A stretch of DNA of 64,000 bases. Origin: Pseudomonadota bacterium (GTDB lineage: Bacteria; Pseudomonadota; Alphaproteobacteria; Rhodobacterales; Rhodobacteraceae). The stretch spans positions 21,377 to 85,376 of the forward strand of contig JBCBZG010000018.1 in assembly GCA_039815465.1 (NCBI GenBank). The letters run 5' to 3'. The position numbers were made by a program, and so were the translations under genes. The notes under the pieces are model-generated. The model saw only the letters and a program-made list of their open reading frames with translations. It made no database searches and was not told the origin of the DNA. Positions 51,071 to 61,838 of the stretch are shown piece after piece; the stretch's first letter is position 1, and the number at the start of each line of letters is the position of its first letter.

Positions 51071-51241
51071 GGCGCGTATCTACGGGGCCGCGCGGAATGG
51101 GGCAAGGGAGTGCGCTTGAGCCGCAGTGTGTGCACAAAATTTAGGCACCGCCAGAATTCTCCCGCCTGCGATGCCCCTGAATCTTGCGGCTTTCGCGCCA
51201 TCGGAGCTACATCCGGTGAAACGCCTAAGGAATTAGCATCG

Positions 51242-52228
51242 GTGACATTTCTGGCACAAGTTGACGGGGCAAGCGCTACGCCGCCCGTCATGCTCGCCCC
51301 ACTTGCAGGGATCACGGACCTGCCTTTTCGCAACTTGGTCGCGTCCTTTGGGGCGGACCTGGTGGTGAGCGAGATGATTGCCTCCCAAGAGATGGTGGAA
51401 GCCAAGGGGTCAACCCGCGACCGGGCGGAGCTTGGCACCAATGTCGAAGGCACGGCCGTGCAGATCGCAGGCCGCGATGCGCGCTGGATGGCGGAGGCCG
51501 CAAAGCTTTTGGCCGGGCAGGGCGCGCGCGTCATCGACATCAATATGGGCTGCCCCGCGAAAAAGGTGACAAACGGGTATTCGGGCTCCGCGCTGCTCAA
51601 GGACCTCGACCATGCGCTTGGGTTGATCGAGGCGGTGGTGGCAGCCGTTGATGTGCCGGTGACGCTCAAGACCCGGCTGGGCTGGGACGACGCCACGCTC
51701 AACGCGCCAGAGCTTGCGGTGCGGGCGGAGGCGGCGGGCGTTGCGCGGATCACGATCCACGGGCGCACGCGCTGCCAGTTCTATCAGGGCGCGGCAGATT
51801 GGGCCGCGGTGCGTCGGGTCGTGGACGCGGTGTCGATCCCTGTGATTGTGAATGGTGATATTTGCACGCTTGCTGACGCGCGTCGCGCTTTGGCGGAAAG
51901 CGGGGCCGCTGGTGTTATGGTCGGTCGTGGTAGCCAGGGCGCGCCCTGGCGGCTGAGCCAGATTCGCGACGGGCTGGCCGGGCGGCGCCCAAGGCCGGAA
52001 CCGGAGGCCCCCGAGCTCGCGGAGATTGCCTGCGGCCACTATGAGGCCACGGTGGCGTTTTACGGCGCGCCGCTCGGTGTGCGCGTCGCACGCAAACATT
52101 TGGGCTGGTACATGGACCGCGCGGGGACCCCGCCTGCGCTGCGTCGTGACATCCTGACCGCACCGGACCCGGCTCAGGTTCTACGCGCGCTCCCCGCGGC
52201 GCTCGGTGCAGGAGCGCTGGCGGCATGA
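51242..52228 (+). CDS. dusB: tRNA-dihydrouridine synthase (NifR3/DusB)
   Basis: [20 protein letters not shown] and TIHGRTR motifs. The start is uncertain between GTG 51242 and ATG 51290; the track start at 50834 is spurious. Forms the classical nifR3-ntrB-ntrC operon. Confidence 0.9.
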   Translation: MTFLAQVDGASATPPVMLAPLAGITDLPFRNLVASFGADLVVSEMIASQEMVEAKGSTRDRAELGTNVEGTAVQIAGRDARWMAEAAKLLAGQGARVIDINMGCPAKKVTNGYSGSALLKDLDHALGLIEAVVAAVDVPVTLKTRLGWDDATLNAPELAVRAEAAGVARITIHGRTRCQFYQGAADWAAVRRVVDAVSIPVIVNGDICTLADARRALAESGAAGVMVGRGSQGAPWRLSQIRDGLAGRRPRPEPEAPELAEIACGHYEATVAFYGAPLGVRVARKHLGWYMDRAGTPPALRRDILTAPDPAQVLRALPAALGAGALAA

Positions 52229-53292
52229 GAAGCTTTGATGATCTCTGGTCATCGCTGCCGGTGCCTGCGATCACGGTATCAAAGGACGATCTGATCAGCG
52301 ATGTGAACCCAGCGGCAGAGGCGTTTTTGAACCAATCGGCGCGCGCGCTGCGCAACCAGCCGGTTTGGGACCGGGTGATGGTGGACGCGCCGATGGATGC
52401 CGCGCTCGTCCGTGCGCGGGCTGACCACGTGCCGCTGTTTGTTAATGACGTCGATGTGGGCTCGGGGGAGCGGCCGCCGCTTCAGTGCAATATCCAGATC
52501 GCGCCGCTGCAAAACAGCGACGGGGAGATGCTTTTTCTGATCGAGCCGCGGGAATATGCGGGCCGTGTGAACCGCAATTCCAAGTCCAAGACGGCCGCGA
52601 AATCAGCCATCGGCATGTCGGAGATGTTGGCCCACGAGATCAAGAACCCGCTCGCAGGGATCACGGGAGCCGCGCAGCTTTTGAGTATGAACCTGTCGAA
52701 TGGCGACCGGGAGATGACGGACCTGATCGTCGAAGAAACGCGCCGGATCCTCAAGCTGTTGGAACAGGTGGAGGAGTTTGGGAACGTCTCCCCCCCCCAG
52801 CTCAAGGCGGTGAATATCCACGACGTGCTCGACCGGGCGCGGCGATCTGCGCTGTTGGGCTATGCCGGTCATATGCAGATCAAGGAGGCGTATGACCCGT
52901 CGTTGCCGCCGACGCTGGGCGATGCGGATCAGCTGCTTCAGGTGCTGCTCAACCTCATCAAGAACGCGTCAGAGGCTGCAGACCCCGCGGGGGGTACGAT
53001 CACGCTGCGCACGTATTACCAGCCTAGCTTGCGCCTGCGGCGCAGCGACGGCACGGGCCGCACGCTGCCGCTCCAGATTGAGGTGATTGATGACGGTCCG
53101 GGGCTGCCCGATGACATCGCGTCTGACATCTGGGAGCCGTTTGTGTCGGGGCGCGAGAATGGCACTGGGCTTGGCCTGGCGCTGGTGTCGAAAATCATTG
53201 CTGACCACGACGGGTGGATCAATGTCGAAAGCGTGCCTGGGCGCACGTGCTTTCGCCTGTCCCTCCCTGTGGCGCCGAAGGAGGAGCAGTAG
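52225..53292 (+). CDS. ntrB: nitrogen regulation sensor histidine kinase NtrB
   Basis: 355 aa with an ATGA overlap onto dusB. PAS domain, H-box [12 protein letters not shown], and N/G boxes. Confidence 0.92.
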   Translation: MRSFDDLWSSLPVPAITVSKDDLISDVNPAAEAFLNQSARALRNQPVWDRVMVDAPMDAALVRARADHVPLFVNDVDVGSGERPPLQCNIQIAPLQNSDGEMLFLIEPREYAGRVNRNSKSKTAAKSAIGMSEMLAHEIKNPLAGITGAAQLLSMNLSNGDREMTDLIVEETRRILKLLEQVEEFGNVSPPQLKAVNIHDVLDRARRSALLGYAGHMQIKEAYDPSLPPTLGDADQLLQVLLNLIKNASEAADPAGGTITLRTYYQPSLRLRRSDGTGRTLPLQIEVIDDGPGLPDDIASDIWEPFVSGRENGTGLGLALVSKIIADHDGWINVESVPGRTCFRLSLPVAPKEEQ

Positions 53293-53297
53293 CCGCC

Positions 53298-54662
53298 ATG
53301 GACGGAACGGTACTTATTGCAGACGACGACCGCACCATTCGTACGGTGCTGACTCAGGCGCTGACGCGCGCGGGGTGCAAGGTCCATGCGACGTCCTCGC
53401 TCATGACGCTGTTGCGCTGGGTGGAGGAAGGCAAGGGCGATCTTGTGATCTCGGACGTCATTATGCCCGACGGCAACGGGCTCGACGCTTTGCCGCGGAT
53501 TGGGGAGGTGCGCCCGGGGCTGCCCGTGATCGTGATTTCGGCGCAGAACACCATCGTGACAGCGATCCAGGCGACCGAAAAGGACGCCTATGATTACCTG
53601 CCCAAGCCTTTCGACCTGCCCGATCTGATGAAGCGCGCGAACCGCGCGCTGGAGCTCAAACGGCGCGCGCCGGGCACCGCCCAGGGCGATGCAGAGGAGA
53701 CCGATGATCTGCCGCTGGTGGGCCGCACGCCTGCCATGCAGGCGCTCTACCGGCTCGTGGCGCGGGTGATGAATGCGGAGCTACCGGTGCTGATCACGGG
53801 CGAAAGCGGCACCGGCAAGAGCTTGATTGCGCGCGCGATCCACGATTTCTCCGACAGGCGCACCTCGCCGTTTATCACCGTGTCCGCTGAGGACCTTGAG
53901 GGGATGGACGGCCCATCAGCGATGCTGGCGCGGGCGCGCAGTGGGTCGCTTTTGTTTGATGAGGTGGGCGATCTGCCCGAGGACGCGCAGACGCGGGTGG
54001 TGCGGATGCTCGACAGTCTGACCGATGCGTCCCCACGGATCATGGCCACCAGCCAGGTCGATCTGACGGCCAAGATGGAAGCGGGGGAGTTTCGCCAGGA
54101 CCTGTTCTACCGCTTGAGCGGCGTGACCATGAGCGTGCCCGCCCTGCGCGAACGCGTCGATGACATCCCGCTTTTGGCGGAGCATTTCCTGGCCCGTGCC
54201 GCGCGCGAGGGCGCCCCCCAGCGGCGGTTGAGCGAGGACGCGACCGAGCTTGTGCGCACCTATTCCTGGCCGGGCAATGTGCGGCAGCTTGAAAACGCGA
54301 TCCGGCGGCTCGTCGTCACCGCGGCAGAAGAAGACGTATCGCGCACGGATGTGGAGATGGTGCTGGGCAACCAGCCCGCGCTCGACCCCGTGGTGGGGTC
54401 CGTCGATACGGAGAAGCTGTCGACATCAGTGGGTAAGCATCTGCGGCGGTACTTTGACCTACATGGTGGGGCGTTGCCTGCGCCGGGGCTCTACCAGCGG
54501 ATCCTACGCGAAATCGAGTTGCCCCTGATTGAGATCGCGCTCGACGCCACGGCGGGGAACCAAGCGAAATGCGCGGATTTGCTCGGCATCAACCGCAATA
54601 CGCTGCGCAAAAAGATCACCGACCTCGATATTCGCGTGACACGTCGTCGAAAACTGATGTAA
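53298..54662 (+). CDS. ntrC: nitrogen regulation response regulator NtrC (sigma-54 activator)
   Basis: Trimmed to [11 protein letters not shown]... Receiver domain, AAA+ ([14 protein letters not shown]-region equivalent) and a C-terminal Fis-type HTH. Confidence 0.95.
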   Translation: MDGTVLIADDDRTIRTVLTQALTRAGCKVHATSSLMTLLRWVEEGKGDLVISDVIMPDGNGLDALPRIGEVRPGLPVIVISAQNTIVTAIQATEKDAYDYLPKPFDLPDLMKRANRALELKRRAPGTAQGDAEETDDLPLVGRTPAMQALYRLVARVMNAELPVLITGESGTGKSLIARAIHDFSDRRTSPFITVSAEDLEGMDGPSAMLARARSGSLLFDEVGDLPEDAQTRVVRMLDSLTDASPRIMATSQVDLTAKMEAGEFRQDLFYRLSGVTMSVPALRERVDDIPLLAEHFLARAAREGAPQRRLSEDATELVRTYSWPGNVRQLENAIRRLVVTAAEEDVSRTDVEMVLGNQPALDPVVGSVDTEKLSTSVGKHLRRYFDLHGGALPAPGLYQRILREIELPLIEIALDATAGNQAKCADLLGINRNTLRKKITDLDIRVTRRRKLM

Positions 54663-54757
54663 ACTTGCCACAAAGCGTGGCGTGGCTGCCGCACATGGTG
54701 CGGGCCAAAAGACTGCGCAGGTAGCAGAGCGCGGCCCAATGTGGCTGCGGCAGTCAG

Positions 54758-57031
54758 GTGGGCTTTGTGGACATTGCGGGCCAAAGCGGGATCTTAGCGC
54801 GTCTGTCACGGCTGCGCAGGGACCGGTCTGTGCAATCGGCGACGACGGCGGTGCTGGTGGCCCTTGGGCCGGTTTTGGCGTTCATGACGTTTGTGGCGCT
54901 CGGGCCGCTCGATCAGGGGGCAGGGGCGGTGCCGCTGCGTTTTGTCCTGACGCTTGATTTTATCTATGTGCTCGTGATCGCGGCCCTGGTGCTGAACCGT
55001 GTGGCGCATATGATCACGGCGCGCCGGGCGCGGTCGGCCGGGTCGCGGCTGCACTTGCGGCTCACGGGTGTGTTCACAATCCTCGCGCTTATTCCCACGA
55101 TCCTGGTCGCCGTCTTTGCGGTGCTCACGGTGAACACGGGGCTTGAGGGTTGGTTTTCAGAGCGGGTGCGCAGCGTTATCGGCGCCTCGCTCGCCGCCGC
55201 CGAAGCCTATGCAGAAGAGGAGCGGGAGGGGCTGCGCAACGACACGCTCGTTGTGTCCCGCGTGCTCAACGGCGAGCGGACCGCGCTCCCGCTGATGTCT
55301 GACGCGGGCTTTGACGGGGAGGTGCGTCAGATCCTGGCACGTGTGCAGCCGCGCATCCAGCGGGGCCTCAAGGAAGCGTTCGTGATCAACAGTCTGGGGG
55401 AGATCAAGTCGCGCGGCACGGCGTCCTACGAGTTTGACTATGACGCGCCCAAGGCGGCTGATTTCGAAGCTCTCGCAGAAAGTGAGGTTTTGCTCATAGA
55501 AGATTGGGCGCAAAACGAATTTCGGGCGCTTGTGCGCCTCTCGTCCTTTACCGATCGCTATCTGTACCTGAGCCGCGAGGTGGATGGGGACATCCTGACG
55601 CTGCTTGATGAGACGCAGGAATCTGCGCTGCTCTATCAACAGCTGGAAAACGAGCGCGGGACGCTGCTTTATCAGTTTGGGCTGCTCTACCTTGGCTTTG
55701 CGGTGATCCTGATCCTTGCCGCAACCTGGGCGGGGCTGTGGTTTGCGGAGCGGTTGGCGCGGCCGGTGGGGCGGCTTGCCGGCGCGGCGCAGCGGGTGGG
55801 CGCTGGTGACATGGATGTTCGCGTTCCCGACGAGGCCGGCGATGACGAGATCGCAATGCTGGGGCGCTATTTCAACCAGATGACCGAGCAGTTGAAAGCG
55901 CAGCGCGACGTGCTGATCGCCAATACCGAGCAGATTGAGCGACGGCGACGGCTTTTTGACTCGGTCCTTGGGTCAGTGACGTCTGGGGTGGTGGGCTTGG
56001 ATGCTGAGGGACGCATCACGCTCATCAACCGCGCGGCGGGGGATGTACTGGGGCTGAAACACGATGTGGAAGGGATGACGCTCGCAGACGCAATCCCCGA
56101 GTTCGCCGCCCTGTTTGAGGAGCTGCGCGCGTCGCGCAAAAGCGTGACGGAGCGGGAGATCCGGTTGAGCCGCCGAGGCGCGCAGGAAATCCTGTTGGTG
56201 CGTATGGCCACGCGCCGGTCCGAGGGCGACGGGTCGGAGGGCTACGTGGTAGCGTTCGAGGATGTCACAGGCCTCGTCAGTGCCCAGCGCATGGCCGCGT
56301 GGGGCGATGTCGCGCGCCGGATCGCGCACGAGATCAAGAACCCGCTCACACCGATCCAGCTGAGCGCGGAGCGCATCAAGCGCAAGTTCAGCCCGCGCCT
56401 GGGCGAGGACTCTGAGACGCTCGATCAGATGACGGATGTGATTGTGCGCCAGACCAATGACCTGCGCCGGATCGTGGATGAGTTTTCAAAATTCGCGCGG
56501 ATGCCGGAACCGCAGCGTCGCCCTGCCGACCTGGGGGAGCTGCTGCGGGCGGCGGTGTTGTTGCAGGAGAATGGCAATCCGGGGGTGCGTTACCGGGCGG
56601 ATGTGGCGAAGGGGCCGACTACGACGGTGATCGATGAAACCATGATCTCCCAAGCGCTCACCAATGTGTTGAAGAATGCGGCGGAAGCCATTGAAAGCCG
56701 TAAGGAAAGTGGTGCGGATTTTGAGCCTGAGATTCGCGTCTCACTGGAGCGGCACGGGCAGGATTGCCGGGTGCGCGTCTCCGACAATGGCATTGGGCTG
56801 CCCGTGGATCGGATGCGCCTTTTTGAGCCCTATGTCACGAGCCGCGCGCAGGGGACGGGCCTTGGCCTGCCGATCGTGCTGAAGATCATCGAAGAACACG
56901 CAGGGACGCTCACGCTCCATGATGCGGAGCCGTTTGAGCCGACCTCGGACCACGTGGGGGCGCGCGTTGATATCACGCTGCCCCTCGCCACCAACGACAC
57001 ACTCGAGCCAGTAGAAGAAGCGGTAGTATAG
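54758..57031 (+). CDS. ntrY: sensor histidine kinase NtrY
   Basis: 757 aa with N-terminal TM helices, HAMP, PAS, H-box [12 protein letters not shown] and an HATPase domain. The GTG start is uncertain. Confidence 0.92.
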   Translation: MGFVDIAGQSGILARLSRLRRDRSVQSATTAVLVALGPVLAFMTFVALGPLDQGAGAVPLRFVLTLDFIYVLVIAALVLNRVAHMITARRARSAGSRLHLRLTGVFTILALIPTILVAVFAVLTVNTGLEGWFSERVRSVIGASLAAAEAYAEEEREGLRNDTLVVSRVLNGERTALPLMSDAGFDGEVRQILARVQPRIQRGLKEAFVINSLGEIKSRGTASYEFDYDAPKAADFEALAESEVLLIEDWAQNEFRALVRLSSFTDRYLYLSREVDGDILTLLDETQESALLYQQLENERGTLLYQFGLLYLGFAVILILAATWAGLWFAERLARPVGRLAGAAQRVGAGDMDVRVPDEAGDDEIAMLGRYFNQMTEQLKAQRDVLIANTEQIERRRRLFDSVLGSVTSGVVGLDAEGRITLINRAAGDVLGLKHDVEGMTLADAIPEFAALFEELRASRKSVTEREIRLSRRGAQEILLVRMATRRSEGDGSEGYVVAFEDVTGLVSAQRMAAWGDVARRIAHEIKNPLTPIQLSAERIKRKFSPRLGEDSETLDQMTDVIVRQTNDLRRIVDEFSKFARMPEPQRRPADLGELLRAAVLLQENGNPGVRYRADVAKGPTTTVIDETMISQALTNVLKNAAEAIESRKESGADFEPEIRVSLERHGQDCRVRVSDNGIGLPVDRMRLFEPYVTSRAQGTGLGLPIVLKIIEEHAGTLTLHDAEPFEPTSDHVGARVDITLPLATNDTLEPVEEAVV

Positions 57032-57033
57032 CC

Positions 57034-58440
57034 ATGTCAGACATCCTGATCGTAGACGACGAAAAAGACATTCGCGAGCTTATCTCGGACATCTTGGAGG
57101 ACGAGGGGTTCACAACGCGCCTTGCGGCCAACTCCGACGAGGCGATGGCCCAGATCACGAGCGAACCACCCGCGCTTTTGATCCTTGATATCTGGCTCAA
57201 AGACAGTCGGATGGACGGGATCGACATTCTTAAGGCCGTTAAGCGCGACAACCCGGATGTGCCCGTGGTGATCATCTCCGGCCATGGGAATATCGAGATC
57301 GCGGTGGCTGCGATCCGCCAGGGGGCCTACGATTTCATCGAAAAGCCTTTCAATATCGACCAGTTGCTCGTCGTGATCCGCCGCGCGATGGAGACATCAA
57401 GCCTGCGCCGCGAGAACCAAAAGCTTAAGCAGCTTGAAAGCGGGCCGGTGATGATGGTGGGCGAGGGCGCGACGTTCCGTGCGATGATGTCCCAGCTCGA
57501 CAAGGTAACGAAATCCAATGGCCGCGTGATGCTCACCGGCGCGCCAGGGTCCGGTAAGGAGGCCGCGGCGCGTTACATCCATGCGCATTCGAACCGGGCG
57601 CGGGCGCCGTTTGTCGTTGTCAATTCCGCTGCGATTGAACCCGACCGGATGGAGGAGGTCTTGTTTGGCCGCGAAACGCCCGATCGCGGGGTGGAGAAAG
57701 GGCTGCTTGAGCAAGCCCATGGCGGTGTGATCTTTTTCGACGAGGTCGCGGATATGCCGCTGGGCACGCAGTCAAAGATCCTGCGCGTGCTCGTCGATCA
57801 GCAGTTCCAGCGTGTCGGCGGCGTCGACAAGGTGCGCGTGGACTTGCGCGTGATATCGAGCACGAACAGAGACTTGCGCGCCGCTGTTGATGCAGGAACC
57901 TTCCGGCCAGAGCTCTTTCACCGGCTCAGCGTTGTGCCGATCCAGGTGCCATCGCTTGAGGACCGGCGGGAGGACATCCCGCTGCTCGCGCAGCATTTCA
58001 TCACCGAGTTTAACGCGAGCCAGGGCCTGCCCAACCGCGAGATTTCCGAGGACGCTGAGGCGCTGATGCAGACGATGGTGTGGCCGGGCAATGTGCGGCA
58101 GCTCAAAAACGTTATGGAACGCGTGCTGATCCTGGGTTCGGAAACTGGGCCTGTGACGGCCCATGAACTGCCCCAAGGTGAGGGCGCAGAGGCGGAGAAC
58201 CGCGTGGTGCTGTCGGGCGCGCTGGCCTCGCTCAGCCTGCGGGAGGCGCGGGAGCTCTTTGAGCGCGAATATCTTCTGACCCAGATCAACCGTTTTGGCG
58301 GCAACATTTCCCGCACGGCGTCTTTCGTGGGGATGGAACGGTCGGCGCTGCACCGAAAGCTCAAGAGCCTGGGCGTTGTCACGACCAACAAATCCGGCGC
58401 CCGCGTGGCGGAGTTCGAAGGTCAGGACGCGGCTGAGTAG
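57034..58440 (+). CDS. ntrX: response regulator NtrX
   Basis: 468 aa with a receiver domain (ILIVDDEKDIR), AAA+ (GAPGSGKE) and an HTH. Follows ntrY. Confidence 0.93.
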   Translation: MSDILIVDDEKDIRELISDILEDEGFTTRLAANSDEAMAQITSEPPALLILDIWLKDSRMDGIDILKAVKRDNPDVPVVIISGHGNIEIAVAAIRQGAYDFIEKPFNIDQLLVVIRRAMETSSLRRENQKLKQLESGPVMMVGEGATFRAMMSQLDKVTKSNGRVMLTGAPGSGKEAAARYIHAHSNRARAPFVVVNSAAIEPDRMEEVLFGRETPDRGVEKGLLEQAHGGVIFFDEVADMPLGTQSKILRVLVDQQFQRVGGVDKVRVDLRVISSTNRDLRAAVDAGTFRPELFHRLSVVPIQVPSLEDRREDIPLLAQHFITEFNASQGLPNREISEDAEALMQTMVWPGNVRQLKNVMERVLILGSETGPVTAHELPQGEGAEAENRVVLSGALASLSLREARELFEREYLLTQINRFGGNISRTASFVGMERSALHRKLKSLGVVTTNKSGARVAEFEGQDAAE

Positions 58441-58532
58441 GCACCCAGCCTCATGTCCCATGGTTGACGGGCAAAGGCTCCCATGCCAAGTCTTTGCGAC
58501 TGAGAGCCGTCACAACGGGACAGCGCGACCGA

Positions 58533-59909
58533 ATGAAGGTAATCATTTGCGGGGCCGGACAGGTCGGGTGGCAGATTGCGCGCCACCTGTCGGGCGAAAA
58601 GAACGACGTCACTGTCGTTGACCTCGACTCCGATCTTGTGCGCCGCGCGACCGATACGCTCGACGTCCAAGGCATCACGGGGCATGCCAGCTATCCGGAC
58701 GTGCTGGAGCGTGCGGGGGCGCAGGACGCCGATATGGTGATCGCGGCCACCCATTCCGACGAGGTCAATATGGTGACCTGCCAGGTCGCTCATTCGATCT
58801 TTGAGGTGCCGCGCAAGATCGCGCGGCTGCGGGCGCAAAGCTACCTCGACGCGATTTACGCCGACATTTACCGCCGCGATCACCTGCCGATTGACGTGGT
58901 GATTTCACCAGAGCTTGAGGTGGCGGAGGCCGCGTTGCGCCGCCTGAACGCGCCTGCGGCGTTTGACACAGAGCTCTTTTTTGGCGGGCGGGCGCAGCTC
59001 CTCGGGATTATGATCGGGGAGGCGTGCCCGGTCATGAACACGCCGCTGCGCCAGTTGACGGAGCTGTTTTCGACGCTGCGCGCGCGGATTTTGGGGATCC
59101 GACGCGGTGAAAAGCTTTTTGTGCCCACGGCTGACGACCACCTCGAAGACGGCGACGCCTGCTACGTCATGGCCCATATCGAGGACGTGCCGCGCACCAT
59201 CGAAGTGTTCGGCAAGCAGTCCAAAAAGCAGGAGCGCATCGTGATCCTGGGCGGCGGCAATGTGGGGCTGAAAGTCGCGCAGAGCCTGGAAAGCCGTACG
59301 GAGCGCATCCGCGCGCGCATCATCGAAAAGAACCGCAGTTGCGCCGAACGGGCCGCCGATGCGCTGGAGCGGACGATTGTGCTCCACGGTGACGGGCTAG
59401 ACCGTGCGCTGATGGAAGAGGCCGGGATCGCCCGCGCCGATGCGATCCTGGCGGTGACTGATGATGACAAAACCAACCTGCTCGCCGCTGTACGCGCCAA
59501 GCAGGCGGGCGCGCAGATGGCAATTTGTCTGATCAACGATCCCACGCTTTTGCCGCTGCTTGATGCGCTTGATGTCGATGCGCATATTAACCCGCGCTCC
59601 ACCACGGTGAGCTCGATCCTGCGCCATATCCGCCATGGTCGCGTGAAAGGTGTATACTCCATCGGTGATGCGGAGGCCGAGGTGATCGAGGCGCAGGTTC
59701 TGTCGACCTCCCCCATTGCGGGCCGCAAGATCGAAGAGATCGATTTCCCCAAGGGCGTGCTCGTCGGTGCGATCCAGTCGGGCGGCGATATCATCGCGCC
59801 CTTGGCCCATACTGTGATCAAAGAGGGCGATGTGGTCGCCATTTTCGCCATGAGCGGCGACGTGAGCGAGGTGGAACGCTTACTGCAAGTGTCCATCGAC
59901 TTTTTCTAG
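58533..59909 (+). CDS. trkA: Trk potassium uptake protein TrkA
   Basis: Trimmed to MKVIICGAGQVGWQIARHL. Has duplicated RCK/NAD-binding halves (second is IVILGGGNVG). Confidence 0.95.
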   Translation: MKVIICGAGQVGWQIARHLSGEKNDVTVVDLDSDLVRRATDTLDVQGITGHASYPDVLERAGAQDADMVIAATHSDEVNMVTCQVAHSIFEVPRKIARLRAQSYLDAIYADIYRRDHLPIDVVISPELEVAEAALRRLNAPAAFDTELFFGGRAQLLGIMIGEACPVMNTPLRQLTELFSTLRARILGIRRGEKLFVPTADDHLEDGDACYVMAHIEDVPRTIEVFGKQSKKQERIVILGGGNVGLKVAQSLESRTERIRARIIEKNRSCAERAADALERTIVLHGDGLDRALMEEAGIARADAILAVTDDDKTNLLAAVRAKQAGAQMAICLINDPTLLPLLDALDVDAHINPRSTTVSSILRHIRHGRVKGVYSIGDAEAEVIEAQVLSTSPIAGRKIEEIDFPKGVLVGAIQSGGDIIAPLAHTVIKEGDVVAIFAMSGDVSEVERLLQVSIDFF

Positions 59910-59915
59910 AAACCC

Positions 59916-61430
59916 ATGCGCGCGTTTTTCTACTCGCTCCCGATCCTGGTCATCATGGCGGGCCTGTCGGCGCTGTTGATGCTGGTGCCCGCCAGTGTGG
60001 CGCTCGACGCGCGCGATTATGAGAGCGCGCAGGCGTTTTTCTGGTCTGCGGTCTTTATCCTGATCGTGACAGGCATGGTCGCCATCGTGACCCAAGGGCG
60101 CCGGGGCCCGTCTGTCGTGCGCTCGCAGCTTTGGGCGCTGCTCGGTGCGTTTGTGGCGCTGCCGCTTATGCTGGCGCTGCCGTTTCACGGATCGCTTGGG
60201 GATACGTCCTGGACGAACGCCTATTTCGAGATGGTGTCGGCCATGACCACTACGGGCGCCACCGTCTATCCCGCACCCGGGCGCCTGACAGCGGCGGAGG
60301 AACTGTGGCGCGCGCTTGTCGCTTGGGGCGGTGGGCTGTTCATGTGGTCGGCCGCGGTGTCGGTGCTCGCGCCCATGGGGCTCGGGGGGTATGAGGTTGC
60401 GCAAAAGCGCGGCCCGGCCACTGGGCTTGGCGCGCAACAGGGACAGGAGCGGCTCACAACGGAGCGGTTTTTGCGCGCGGCCTCCCAACTGACACCGATC
60501 TATGTGGGCCTCACGCTCGCGCTTTTCATCGCGCTACTTGTGGCGGGCGACGCGCCTTTGACGGCGGGCGTGCACGCGATGTCGACGCTCGCCACCGCGG
60601 GCCTCTCGCCGGTGGGGGGCCTCGAAAACAGTGCCTCGGGCCGCGTGGGGGAGGCGATCATTGTCCTCTTTTTCGTCTTTGCGCTGTCGCGGCGGACCTT
60701 CACAGAAGGCGTGCTGGCCGAACAAAGCCGCGATCTGCGCGAGGACCCGGAGCTGCGCATCGCGCTGGCGATTGTGGCCGCCATCGCGCTTGGCCTGTTT
60801 CTGCGTCACTATCTGGCGGCGAGCCAGATTGACGGGGCGGCGGGCGTCGTGTCGGCCTTTCGTGCGCTTTGGGGGTCGCTTTTCACCGCGCTTTCGTTCC
60901 TGACGACGACGGGCTATGCCTCCACCGATTGGATCACGGCGCGGTCCTGGTCGGGGATCGAGGCGCCGGGGCTCTTGCTCATGGGGCTTGCGTTGGTGGG
61001 GGGCGGCGTGGCCACGACCGCGGGTGGGGTGAAGCTCTTGCGCATTTACGCGCTCCTGAAACACGGCGAGCGGGAGATCGGGCGCCTCGTCTTCCCAAAC
61101 TCCGTCGCGGGGGCGGGCCGCTTTGCGCGCCATGTGCGCCGCGAGGGGGCGTTTATCGCGTGGATCGTGTTTATGCTGCTTGCCGTGTCGCTGTGCGTCA
61201 TCATGCTTGCGCTGTCGGCGGCGGGCACCGATTTCGAGGCCGCATTGGTGCTGACGGTGGCGTCGCTGTCCAATACCGGGCCCCTCGCCAATTTCGCCTC
61301 GGACCAACCTATTGACATCGCGAGCCTTTCAGCCGCCGCCAAATACATCCTCGCCGCCGCCATGGTCGTCGGACGGCTGGAGACATTGGTGATCGTGGCG
61401 CTGCTCAATCCAGCGTTTTGGCGAGCCTAA
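59916..61430 (+). CDS. trkH: Trk-type potassium transporter membrane subunit TrkH
   Basis: 504-aa polytopic protein with repeated pore-loop-like TTTG/TAG/NTGP segments. Confidence 0.92.
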   Translation: MRAFFYSLPILVIMAGLSALLMLVPASVALDARDYESAQAFFWSAVFILIVTGMVAIVTQGRRGPSVVRSQLWALLGAFVALPLMLALPFHGSLGDTSWTNAYFEMVSAMTTTGATVYPAPGRLTAAEELWRALVAWGGGLFMWSAAVSVLAPMGLGGYEVAQKRGPATGLGAQQGQERLTTERFLRAASQLTPIYVGLTLALFIALLVAGDAPLTAGVHAMSTLATAGLSPVGGLENSASGRVGEAIIVLFFVFALSRRTFTEGVLAEQSRDLREDPELRIALAIVAAIALGLFLRHYLAASQIDGAAGVVSAFRALWGSLFTALSFLTTTGYASTDWITARSWSGIEAPGLLLMGLALVGGGVATTAGGVKLLRIYALLKHGEREIGRLVFPNSVAGAGRFARHVRREGAFIAWIVFMLLAVSLCVIMLALSAAGTDFEAALVLTVASLSNTGPLANFASDQPIDIASLSAAAKYILAAAMVVGRLETLVIVALLNPAFWRA

Positions 61431-61585
61431 TGCCGCACTCGCAGCATTTTTGCATCACTGGCAAGCACAGGGGCTTGTATTCCGCGCGGAATCCAATTCC
61501 ATTACACGAGTTACGAGAACAAGACGTCACGATACACGCGCAACGCGCGGGACATAGGCGTCGGGAATGAGGTGGAGCCGGACCA

Positions 61586-61819
61586 ATGGCATCAGATCGA
61601 CAGAACCTGCAGGACGCATTTCTAAATCACGTCCGAAAGACAAAGGTGCCGGTGACGATCTTTCTGATCAACGGCGTCAAACTGCAGGGCGTGATTACGT
61701 GGTTCGATAATTTCTGCGTTCTCTTGCGCCGCGATGGGCAATCGCAACTGGTCTACAAACACGCGATCTCGACGATCATGCCCTCGCAACCCATTTCTTT
61801 GTACGACGGGGAAGAATGA
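61586..61819 (+). CDS. hfq: RNA chaperone Hfq
   Basis: 77 aa. [60 protein letters not shown] matches the Sm1/Sm2 motifs. Confidence 0.97.
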   Translation: MASDRQNLQDAFLNHVRKTKVPVTIFLINGVKLQGVITWFDNFCVLLRRDGQSQLVYKHAISTIMPSQPISLYDGEE

Positions 61820-61838
61820 TTTCCCCATAAGGGGCATC

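Noticed and set aside
51131-51149. tgcacaaaatttaggcacc upstream of dusB as an NtrC site or sigma-54 promoter
   Set aside because: It fits neither TGCACC-N5-GGTGCA nor GG-N10-GC spacing and only resembles one half-site.
52790-52798. C9 homopolymer inside ntrB (also C8 at 37953-37960 in metA and 48933-48940) as phase-variation switches
   Set aside because: Reading frames are intact through the ntrB and metA tracts, and housekeeping regulators are unlikely contingency loci. They are worth remembering only as sequencing-error-prone sites.
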